NCBI GenBank assembly: GCA_964016885.1
Contig: OZ024765.1
Location: forward strand, 23,374,001-23,438,000
Reading direction: 5' to 3'
DNA length: 64,000 nt
DNA from: Eledone cirrhosa
Taxonomy: Eukaryota
In this document: positions 53,073 to 64,000 of the stretch, one piece after another
Numbering within the stretch: position 1 is the first letter of the stretch
Layout of the letters: each line of letters begins with the position of its first letter
The notes under the pieces: model-generated
What the model saw: the letters and a program-made list of their open reading frames with translations, nothing else
What the model was told of the DNA's origin: nothing
The model's database searches: none
Program-made: the position numbers and the translations under genes

Positions 53073-55151
53073 AATGATTTTTTCTTCAACAGAATATACA
53101 AATGTTTTACTTGTAATATTTCTTATATTATATTTCTCATAAAGTATTTCTTCTTCTATATTTCCCTCAAATGTGATTTCAGTTAATATCTGAAGATAAT
53201 ACAAACTTCTTTTTCATCCAAGTTTAGTTAAAACACAAAACCATCTCATTGTGATGAAAATAACTTAGTTCTGAAAAAATATTTCATAGTATTTCGACTA
53301 CAAATTTATATAAACAGTGTTATATGTTTTGTTAAAAATGTTTTAGTCTTCAAATGATGATAAATAGAGGTGATGTATCCAAGATTGAAAATAATAATTT
53401 ATCCAAATTTTATCTGATATTCTGAAATAAGAAAGAAACAGCATGAGATAATACAGAATACTTTAGAAGTAGAGATAGATTTAACAGTGGAAATTTTATA
53501 TTTCTATATTGGTAAACTGTAGATATCAACTTTCCTGTCCAGAGCAATTCTCTTCAAAGTAAGCAATAGTATTCCAGCATGCCATATAAATTATATCCTT
53601 CTATCTCTTCAGAGGTCTGCTCTATGTCAGTGTAGCGAAAAATTCATTCTTATAGGACTTATAAGAAAGTAACGGTATGAGATAATAGAGAATACTTAAA
53701 ATACAGAAACAGAGGAAATTCTACACTTTTACCAGCGTCGAAGACGTTACTTTTTCCCTAATATAAGTCTAAAAAATCTACCATACGTCCTGGAGGCCGA
53801 AGGTTGTTTATTATTTTTTTTCAAAAATATTGACGACTTCGGCACCAGTAAATACGGTACATTGGTAAACTGTAGAAATATACCTGTGATGTTTATTTAT
53901 ATAAACCAAGGCTATATATATGTCAAACTACAGCTGCACTATCACGATAGTGGTGTCATCTAGTACAGGGCCCCAAAACTGTGTTAACCTTGTGAGATGG
54001 GTTTGGCATGGCCGACTGGTTACCCTCCCCATAGTGGCATAGCCAACTGGCCAGCCCTTCTCGTAACTGTACCATCCAGTACCAGTCCCCATAACTATGG
54101 TAACCTCATGAAAAGGGTTTGGCCCATCTGGTTGGCCACCTCTTCCTCATAATGGTGCCACCCAGTACCAGGGCCCAAAATTATAGTTCCACTGTGAGAT
54201 GGGTTCAGTGCAGCCAACTGGCCTGTCCCTCCTCATAACAGAGCCATCCAGTCCCACACTGTAAACATGGTTCAATGTTAGGAAGGGAATCCAGCTGTAA
54301 AATAACCGACCAAATTTACAGACCTCGCCTGAGCAAGGTGTGACACATGGCCAACCCTGGCCAGACTTGCCTCCTGGTGTGGATGACCCGTCTAATCCAT
54401 GCAAGAATGGAAAAATGGACGTTAAATGATGACACAGACATATATATATATATCTCACCCACACTGGACATGTAAAAGACACAGCAAAAAGCACCCAGCC
54501 CACACTGTAAAGTGGGCATGTAGGTGTCTTAGGCACCCAGTCCACACTGTCAATGTGGTTAGCGTTAGGAAGGGCATCCAGCCATAGAAAGCTAGCCAGA
54601 AACATCCCTATATGAGTGAGATATGGTCACCTGAACCAATTTGCCTCTAAATGGGACCCGTCTAACCCATGCTAGCGTGGAAGATGGACGTTAATTGATG
54701 ATGATGGTGATGATATATAATAAAATGTAGTTTGCTTGAAGCATTCTATATAAAATATAATGTTGAAAGAGATAGAAGGCTAAACAATACAAAATGGACT
54801 GTAAGATGAGGTAAGGAAAAGTAAAAGTTACCTGGTAATCTTTGTTTTGTTTTTTTTGTTGTTGTTGTTCTTTCATGTGTCCAATATTTTGGGACCTAAA
54901 AGTCCTTTCTTCAGGATTTAACCCTTTAGCATTTATATTACTCTATATATACTATTATATTTTCACAGTAAAGTCTTTACCTCACATAATATCGAATCTA
55001 TGAGATTTTGATATTATTTATATGGAGAATACCTTAATATCAGTCAGGGTAGCCAGTTACCGCTGGTTTGAACAGAAAAAGGGGACAGAATTCTGGTCGG
55101 TTTAAATGTTAAAGAGTTAATCAACTTTCAGTGGATTACGTTCCAATTTCG

Positions 55152-56307
55152 TGGAAGCTATACAGTAGGAAGACCTGGGATGAGGTGAGAAAAGCTGACC
55201 TCACACGATTGATGGAAGCTATGAAGTAGGAAGACCTGTGATGAGGTGATAAAAGCTGACCTCACACAATTGATGGGAGCTATGAAGTAGGAAGACCTGG
55301 GATGAGGTGATAAAAGCTGACCTCACACAACTGATGGAAGCTATGAAGTAGGAAGACCTAGTTTGAGGTGAGAAAAGCTGACCTCACACAATTGATGGAA
55401 GCTATGGAGTAGGAAGACCTGGGATTAGGTGATAAAAGCTGACCTCACACAATTGATGGGAGCTATGAAGTAGGAAGACCTGGGATGAGGTGAGAAAAGC
55501 TGACCTCACACGATTGATGGAAGCTATGAAGTAGGAAGACCTGGGAGAGGTGATAAAAGCTGACCTCACACAACTGATGGAAGCTATGAAGTAGGAAGAT
55601 CTAGGATGAGGTGATAAAAGCTGGCCTCACACAATTGATGGATGCTATGAAGTAGGAAGATCTAGGATGAGGTGATAAAAGCTGGCCTCACACAATTGAT
55701 GGATGCTATGAAGTAGGAAGACCTGGGATGAAGTGATAAAAGCTGACCTCAGGCAATTAATGGAAGCAATGAAGTAGGAAGACCTGGGATGAAGTGATAA
55801 AAGCTGACCTCACACAATTGATGGAAGCTATGAAGTAGGAAGACCTGGGATGAGGTGATAACAGCTGACCTCACACAACTGATGGAAGCTATGAAGTAGG
55901 AAGATCTAGGATGAGGTGATAAAAGCTGGCCTCACACAATTGATGGATGCTATGAAGTAGGAAGATCTAGGATGAGGTGATAAAAGCTGGCCTCACACAA
56001 TTGATGGATGCTATGAAGTAGGAAGACCTGGGATGAAGTGATAAAAGCTGACCTCAGACAATTAATGGAAGCAATGAAGTAGGAAGACCTGGGATGAAGT
56101 GATAAAAGCTGACCTCACACAATTGATGGAAGCTATGAAGTAGGAAGACCTGGGATGAGGTGATAACAGCTGACCTCACACCATTGATGGGAGCTATGAA
56201 GTAGGAAGACCTGGGATGAGGTGATAACAGCTGACCTCACACCATTGATGGGAGCTATGAAGTAGGAAGACCTGGGATGAGGTGATAACAGCTGACCTCA
56301 CACAATT
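55152..56307. repeat. 61-bp satellite (about 19 units) derived from RTE ORF 3' end
   Basis: Unit GATGGAAGCTATGAAGTAGGAAGACCTGGGATGAGGTGATAAAAGCTGACCTCACACAATT; the array runs on into RTE-like sequence. Confidence 0.92.
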
Positions 56308-57051
56308 GCACTTCTCAAAGACAATGACACAGGATCGAGATCTTTGGTGTTATACAGTAATATAGAAGACCAGCCTTCCCTAGCATTGGTATCAATGACT
56401 CCCACATGGACATCAATACACATCTATATATACACACCTAACATATCGAAGAACCCCGTCGGTCACAAATGACCATGTGATTTGCAACTAGAAAGTTCCC
56501 CTCTGAGACACAAGTCTGGTTGTTTGAGGAAGACCAGCAGTCACCCAAGTATACCAGTCTACCCTCTCCACATCACTGATGATGTCCAAGGGAAAGGCAA
56601 TGGCTGACACAGCTTCACACCAGTGACATCACAACATATATATATACTTATATCCCAGACATCCATAGATTATTTCTATTCTACAGCTATCTCTCTTTCC
56701 CAATTTCAAAATGTTCTGTTTACATTATTATTATTATCATTCACTTGTTTCCACAGCGTATAGACTTTGACCTTGTTTTTGATATAAACCATGTTGGACA
56801 TTGTCTCTTTCGCTACAAACTCGTCCCTAACCTCCCCTTTCTCTCACTCATTCATTTCGGTGTTTATGAAGCTAGGTGACCATCTTCGAAAGTCTTGCAA
56901 ATTTGCCTTGTTTAATAAACCTACTTATATCTGCTTATTTCCTCCAAATCTCCTGTGATGATATATGTCATGATGGCTACCTATCTCACAATTTCCCACT
57001 CACCACCATAGGCTATTTGACCAATCAAACCTCAGCAACATGTCCTTACCC

Positions 57052-57602
57052 ATTACCAGCCCCAACAAACTCTGCCATTACGACTACTGTCTTTCTAGCC
57101 CTTACCAGCCCCAACAAACTCTGCCATTACTACTACTGTCCTTCTAGCCCTTACTAGCCCCCAACAAACTCTGCCATTACTACTACTACTGTCCTGCTAG
57201 ACCTTACCAGCCCCAACAAACTCTGCCATTACTACTACTGTCCTTCTAGCCCTTACTAGCCCCAACAAACTCTGCTATTACTACTACTGTCCTTCTAGCC
57301 CTGACCAGTCCCAACAAACTCTGCCATTACTACTACTGTCCTTCTAGACCTTACCAGCCCCAACAAACTTTGCCATTACTACTACTGTCCTTCTAGCCCC
57401 AACAAACTCTGCTATTACTACTACTTTCCTTCTAGCCCTTACCAGCCCCAACAAACTCTGCTATTACTACTACTGTCCTTCTAGACCTTACCAGCCCCAA
57501 CAAACTCTGCCATTACTACTACTGTCCTTCTAGCCCTTACCAGCCCCAACAAACTCTGTCATTGCTACTACTGTCCTTCTAGCCCCAACAAACTCTGCCA
57601 TT
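57052..57602. repeat. 49-bp minisatellite (about 11 units) related to the RTE-B 5' UTR
   Basis: Unit CCAGCCCCAACAAACTCTGCCATTACTACTACTGTCCTTCTAGCCCTTA. Confidence 0.9.
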
Positions 57603-58225
57603 GCTCTAACCACTAAGCCATGATACCTTCCAGAACCAACCGTGATATAGAGAGACCATAAAGACAACATTTGTTCATAATTAAAGCCTTAAGATGTCCC
57701 TTCCTTACGATATACACTTTAATAACATTGAAACTTATTTAATAAGTTTAAAATTTAAACTCTTTTTATTCAGACGCACTGCGATAAGAAAATAGATATG
57801 TTTTAACGAAAAATCCTCGATGTGGCGAGGATTACCGCGATAGGAAATTAGATACGTTCCAAAGAAAAATCCGCGATGTAACGGGACCGCGAAAAGTGAA
57901 CCGCGATATAGCGGGTGATTACTGTATATACACACACACAACATACATCTATCTATATACACTTGTAGTGGCTGAGATGGTCGCTTGGTAGCTAGCAGTT
58001 GCCTCCCCTTAACCCTTCAGGGAAGGGAGGCAAAAATACACCCGGACACAGCCACAGGTTCACTCACTCTTTTTGGACCACGGACATGAACAGACGTGGA
58101 AAGATCCGCTCCTCAAAATATTGATGTTGTAGGAAATTTACTAAATTATTGCATTAAATAAAATGATTGTTAGACTTGGTTGTGCATTTATTTATTCGAC
58201 AAAGAGAAACATCACTTTTCTTTAT

Positions 58226-58240
58226 TGGCGACCCTGACGA
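58226..58240 (+). promoter_or_regulatory. Primer binding site, probably tRNA-Arg
   Basis: TGGCGACCCTGACGA, complementary to a ...GGGTCGCCA tRNA 3' end. Confidence 0.65.
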
Positions 58241-58403
58241 TAAAGAATGAAAACGCAGCCTATTGGAGTCCGAAATTCTTTTTAACGGCAATATCAGTCA
58301 GGGTAGCCAGTTACCGCTGGTTTGAACAGAAAAAGGGGACAGAATTCTGGTCGGTTTAAATGTTAAAGAGTTAATCAACTTTCAGTGGATTACGTTCCAA
58401 TTT

Positions 58404-59622
58404 CGTGGAAGCTATACAGTAGGAAGACCTGGGATGAGGTGAGAAAAGCTGACCTCACACGATTGATGGAAGCTATGAAGTAGGAAGACCTGTGATGAGG
58501 TGATAAAAGCTGACCTCACACAATTGATGGGAGCTATGAAGTAGGAAGACCTGGGATGAGGTGATAAAAGCTGACCTCACACAATTGATGGGAGCTATGA
58601 AGTAGGAAGACCTGGGATGAGGTGATAAAAGCTGACCTCACACAACTGATGGAAGCTATGAAGTAGGAAGACCTAGTTTGAGGTGAGAAAAGCTGACCTC
58701 ACACAATTGATGGAAGCTATGGAGTAGGAAGACCTGGGATTAGGTGATAAAAGCTGACCTCACACAATTGATGGGAGCTATGAAGTAGGAAGACCTGGGA
58801 TGAGGTGAGAAAAGCTGACCTCACACGATTGATGGAAGCTATGAAGTAGGAAGACCTGGGAGAGGTGATAAAAGCTGACCTCACACAACTGATGGAAGCT
58901 ATGAAGTAGGAAGATCTAGGATGAGGTGATAAAAGCTGGCCTCACACAATTGATGGATGCTATGAAGTAGGAAGATCTAGGATGAGGTGATAAAAGCTGG
59001 CCTCACACAATTGATGGATGCTATGAAGTAGGAAGACCTGGGATGAAGTGATAAAAGCTGACCTCAGGCAATTAATGGAAGCAATGAAGTAGGAAGACCT
59101 GGGATGAAGTGATAAAAGCTGACCTCACACAATTGATGGAAGCTATGAAGTAGGAAGACCTGGGATGAGGTGATAACAGCTGACCTCACACAACTGATGG
59201 AAGCTATGAAGTAGGAAGATCTAGGATGAGGTGATAAAAGCTGGCCTCACACAATTGATGGATGCTATGAAGTAGGAAGATCTAGGATGAGGTGATAAAA
59301 GCTGGCCTCACACAATTGATGGATGCTATGAAGTAGGAAGACCTGGGATGAAGTGATAAAAGCTGACCTCAGACAATTAATGGAAGCAATGAAGTAGGAA
59401 GACCTGGGATGAAGTGATAAAAGCTGACCTCACACAATTGATGGAAGCTATGAAGTAGGAAGACCTGGGATGAGGTGATAACAGCTGACCTCACACCATT
59501 GATGGGAGCTATGAAGTAGGAAGACCTGGGATGAGGTGATAACAGCTGACCTCACACCATTGATGGGAGCTATGAAGTAGGAAGACCTGGGATGAGGTGA
59601 TAACAGCTGACCTCACACAATT
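58404..59622. repeat. Second 61-bp satellite array (about 20 units) inside the Gypsy leader
   Basis: Same unit-variant order as 55152-56307 plus one extra unit. Confidence 0.92.
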
Positions 59623-59769
59623 GCACTTCTCAAAGACAATGACACAGGATCGAGATCTTTGGCTTAACATTTGGAATGTCCGAATCACTTAGCGTAAGTC
59701 CATAAAATTCATTATATTCCATTTGTTATAGCACGCATACAGACAAACACAAAAATACAACACACAACA

Positions 59770-59800
<31 letters not shown>

Positions 59801-60122
59801 TTCTCTGGAAATAGAATTTTGCTTCCAACATTCTGTGGAAATTACAAATGGAGATATTTCGTTTTCCCGCATTCAGCCTGTCTTCTCTAATCCCAGCCAT
59901 CTGATTGGCTGCATCGTGCCTCATGACGGCTTCATCACGGACACATTTTTAAATCAGCCATCTTGGATTTCCTTACCATTAATTTTCATAGAAAATGATT
60001 TTTTTTTATTATTAAAATTTTCTTTAGGATATTTTTTTTTAAAGAAAAAAATTACCAGCAATCAGCAGCAACACCTGGCTAACTATTGACCAACACCAAA
60101 AAGTCATCAAATACGTGGCACC

Positions 60123-60899
60123 ATGAGTCAACATCATTTGCCGTCCTTCGCAGGCGACATCAAGTTGTGGTTTGCGCAGCTGGAATGTTTCTTCGAATTG
60201 ACGAAGACAAAGGAACAGCATAAGCTGAAGGTCCTGATCAATGGCCTACCTGTTTCCTTGGCATTCTCGGTGAGGGACGTTGTGACGGATTTAGACGCCG
60301 ACGTTACCTACGGCTCATTAAAAAAAGAAATCCTTCGCCGTAATACCAAGTCGGTAGAGAGCCGTTTTCGGGAGTTGTTGGACGATGCTCAAATGGGTGA
60401 CAGGAAGCCGAGCTCCTATTTGCGGGAGTTGAGTGACTCCCAGGGGATTGACACCCCCTTCATAAAGCAACTTTTTTTCTCACGCCTACCACCAAGTGCG
60501 CAAAGAATATTGGTCAATAGTTTAGAGAAGGATTCACTGGAGCAACTTGCCGCGTCCGCGGATAAGATACTTGAGGTGGACTCGAACAGCAATCAGCATA
60601 ATGCTTATGTGGCTTCAGCTTGCGTCCCTCCACGCAGTTCTTCTGTGGCCGACGGCAAACTGTTGGAGTTGATTGAAGCTCTCACCAAAAAGGTAGAGGA
60701 TTTGACGGTACATCACAGAGAGCCTTCTCAACGTTTGAGGTATCGTTCGCCGCCGTCCTCTATTCATCGCCAGCACTACAACGCAGGCAACAATAATTCT
60801 TCGTTGTGTTGGTACCATGCTAACTTCGGCAGTAGGGCGCAACGTTGTCGCACGCCCTGTGATTACAAGAGATCGGGAAACGCCAAGCAGAGCCACTAG
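60123..60899 (+). CDS. gag: Gypsy Gag
   Basis: WFAQLE, MGDRKPS, CWYHxxFGxxAxxCxxPC knuckle. Confidence 0.9.
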   Translation: MSQHHLPSFAGDIKLWFAQLECFFELTKTKEQHKLKVLINGLPVSLAFSVRDVVTDLDADVTYGSLKKEILRRNTKSVESRFRELLDDAQMGDRKPSSYLRELSDSQGIDTPFIKQLFFSRLPPSAQRILVNSLEKDSLEQLAASADKILEVDSNSNQHNAYVASACVPPRSSSVADGKLLELIEALTKKVEDLTVHHREPSQRLRYRSPPSSIHRQHYNAGNNNSSLCWYHANFGSRAQRCRTPCDYKRSGNAKQSH

Positions 60900-60926
60900 G
60901 AGCGGCTAGTGAACTCTGGGAAAACC
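60875..60926 (+). promoter_or_regulatory. -1 ribosomal frameshift signal (G GGA AAC + stem-loop)
   Basis: Heptamer is in the gag frame and pol is in the -1 frame; followed by CAGAG-CCACTAG gagcgg CTAGTG-aa-CTCTG. Confidence 0.8.
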
Positions 60927-63900
60927 GACCGAACCGCCATCTTTTCGTATACGACCTGCGGTCAAAAAAATTTTTCCTTGTCGATACTGGCGCGTCGCTG
61001 AGTATTTGGCCAGTCAGTTATCTCAAAAAAAGCCCAGCCGAAGCAGATATAAATCTACGAGCAGTCAACCACACGGCCATTCGAACGTATGGGCAAATTT
61101 CGCTTCCTCTTCGGTTAAAAAATTTGCAGCGTGATTTGAGGTGGAAGTTTACTGTCGCCGACTTGCGACAGTAAACTTCCACCTCAAATACGCCATTTTG
61201 GGAGCGGATTTTCTCCACCACTTTTCCTTGTTGGTGGACATTCGCAGACAACGCCTTGTTGATGCTGAAACAGGCCTTTCTTTCGAGGGTTCAGAGCTGG
61301 ACGTCGCCACCGTCAGCCCTTCCTTTTTCTTGGCTGAAGTGGGCAACCAGTATCAAAGCCTGCTACATTCATTCCCTCAGTTGACGCAGGGAAAGTTACG
61401 AATAACTAGCCCGGATCATGCGATTGAACACTTCATATCCACTACAGGTCCACCTGTTTTCTCACGTCCTCGAAGATTGTCTACAGAGAAGTTGAAAGCT
61501 GCACGTCTTGAATTCGACCACATGCTGGAATTGGGAATAATTCGGCGCTCCACAAGTCCTTGGGCATCGCCTCTGCATATGGTACCTAGATCTTCTGGGG
61601 ATTGGAGACCGACGGGTGACTACCGACGCTTAAACGCGATTACTGTGCCTGACAGTTATCCAATCCCGCATTTGCAGGATTTTGCGTCGTCATTGCAGGG
61701 TTGCAGAATCTTTTCTAAGCTTGATTTGATCCGCGCTTATAACCAAATTCCGGTTAACGAGGAGGATATCCCAAAGACTGCTATTGCCACTCCTTTCGGA
61801 TCGTTCGAGTTCCTCACTATGCCTTTCGGCCTTAGAAACGCTGCAAGTACCTTCCAACGATTTATGGATGATATTACTCGGGGCCTGGATTTTGTGTACA
61901 CGTATATCGACGACGTGTTGATTGCTAGTTCTTCCCCTCAGCAGCATTCAAAGCATCTGGATCTCGTATTTCGTCGTTTACAGAGATATAATGTTCGAAT
62001 TAATGCTTCCAAGTGTGTTTTCGGCTCGACTTCACTAACATTTTTAGGCCATCTGATTGACGCCGATGGTATTCGACCTCTTCCTGAGAAGGTTAAGGCA
62101 GTATCGGATTTGCCTCCACCAAGTTCACTGCGTCAATTGCGTCAATTCCTGGGCCTTGTAAATTTTTATAGGCGATTCGTACCTGGTTGTTCCAAATTGC
62201 TGTTCTCGTTGACAGAGATTTTAAAAATCAGAGATTTTAAAAAAGGGTTGCCGGCGTAAGAATATGGACATTTCCTTAAATGAAACGCAGCTTGATGATT
62301 TTAAAAAAGTGAAAAAGGCGTTAGCGAACGCGTCTTTGCTCGCCCACCCAGTACCCAACGCCGAGCTATCGCTCTGTGTTGATGCTTCGGACAGCGCCGT
62401 GGGCGCAGTCTTACAGCAGAAGGGTGATGGGGTACAGCAACCACTCGAGTTCTTTTCGAGGAAGTTAAAGCCTGCAGAAACTCGCTATAGCACCTTTGGA
62501 AGGGAGCTATTAGCAATTTATTTATCAGTGAAACATTTTGCTCATGTACTTGAAGGTAGAACATTCACCATTTTCACTGATCATAAACCCTTGACGTTTG
62601 CTCTTCGAACTAAGGCAGACAAATACTCGCCCAGAGAAACGAGACATCTGGACTTCATCTCACAGTTCACGAACGACATTCAACATATTCCGGGTTCTTT
62701 GAATACAGCGGCCGATGCACTGTCTCGCCTGCCGATCGCATCGATTTCGTCTTCCGAGGAGATAGATTTACATCGAATGGCAGCTGCCCAACCCACTCTC
62801 GAATCGTTGGATGTTACATCGCCAGAGTTTGTACATTGCAAACTGAAATACATTCCGATCTCAACTGCTGACGGACAGATACTGTGTGATGTTTCGTTGG
62901 ACTCACCACGACCTCTAGTCCCAGTGGAACATCGACGAACTGCGTTTCTCGCTTTACATGGCATTTCTCACCCAGGAGTATCAGCCTCAGTAAAACTCAT
63001 AACAGCCAGATTTTTCTGGCCTGGTATGAGACGTGACATTGCTGCTTGGTGTCGTTCCTGTGTCGCTTGCCAACAAGCGAAAGTTCATAGACATGTTAAG
63101 GCTCCTCTCGGAACCTTCACCTGCCCCGATGCAAGATTTCATCACATTCACGTGGACATCGTCGGCCCGTGGCCGGTTAGTCGTGGTTTTTCGTATCTTT
63201 TGACGATTGTTGACCGTTTTTCGCGTTGGCCTGAAGCCGTCCCTATAACAGATATCACCGCCGAAACCACAGCCCGTACCCTCGTATCTTCGTGGATCGC
63301 TCGTTTCGGTGTACCAACCACCATAACAACAGATCGTGGTCGTCAATTCGAGTCTAACCTCTTCCGAGAGCTAACCCAAATCCTGGGGGCTACTCGAATA
63401 AGAACCACGGCTTACCACCCAGCCTCAAACGGAATGGTGGAAAGATTCCACAGGCAGCTCAAAGCCTCCTTAAGGGCTTCCATGGACTGTTCACGTTGGA
63501 GCGAGTACCTACCCATTGTATTGTTGGGTATTCGGTCGACGGTAAAGGTGGACCTTGGGTTCTCCTCTGCCGAATTAGTTTATGGTACGCCTCTGGCATT
63601 ACCGGGGCAAATGCTGGCCCCTTTTGACCTGACTTCGCAGGACCCCGCTTCCTACGTGTCCCGGCTTCACTCTTATTTCAAGGATCTACCACCGATGGGC
63701 ACTAGGAAGCAGACTGTAAAAACTGCCGTCCCAAGGGATATTGCCTTGTGGACCCATGTGTTCGTTAGAGACGACGCCGTGAGACCCCCTCTTCAACGGC
63801 CGTACTCTGGACCCTATCGTGTGCTTGCTCGCACAGACAAACATTTCACACTGGACATTCGGGGTTCCAGGGAAACGGTTTCCGTTGATCGTCTCAAACG

Positions 63901-64000
63901 AGCAAACCTGGACAATGACACAATGACACTTGAAACTCAAATGCCCCCCTCTTTTTCTTTGCCACACAGGCCTATTTCTTCCCCTCCCCCACCATCAACA
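60881..64000 (+). pseudogene. pol: Gypsy Pol (protease, RT, RNase H, integrase) with two frameshifting duplications
   Basis: [53 protein letters not shown]; breaks at about 61166-61185 and 62214-62245. Confidence 0.92.

Larger units (their letters stand above)
57964..64000 (+). mobile_element. Ty3/Gypsy LTR retrotransposon (5' LTR about 57964-58224; runs off window end)
   Basis: TGTAG start where similarity to the paralog near 46780 stops; AATAAA within the LTR; PBS; gag; PR-RT-RH-IN order. Confidence 0.92.

Noticed and set aside
55152-59622. Regular repeats as a CRISPR array
   Set aside because: Head-to-tail 61-bp units with no unique spacers, no cas genes, eukaryotic context and LINE origin.

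Overview
Eukaryotic, repeat-dominated window, probably from a cephalopod/octopus (inferred from the HCDICGKSF-type C2H2 zinc-finger array and the SINE/RTE types). Bases 1-43650 are almost entirely retroelements embedded in interrupted (TA)n tracts. They include two related RTE-clade LINE families with a PHD finger inside the RT region (one intact full-length ORF each plus many truncated copies), a third RTE family and an internally deleted RTE derivative. There are also three copies of a CR1-like LINE, a tRNA-derived SINE, two Penelope-like element (PLE) families and several non-coding elements. The most striking hand-read signal is a set of about seven sequence-unrelated type I hammerhead ribozyme (HHR) families, about 11 copies. 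Most sit in PLE 3' ends or in short ORF-less elements with inverted or circularly permuted structure (retrozyme-like). Bases 43650-64000 hold older repeats, a 16-finger C2H2 gene, two LINE-derived satellites and a local duplication. They end with a Ty3/Gypsy element that has a -1 frameshift signal, a disrupted pol and a captured 1.37 kb copy of neighbouring DNA. All structures were read by eye; boundaries are approximate to within a few to tens of nt. Most YI-rich ORFs in the track are microsatellite artefacts.
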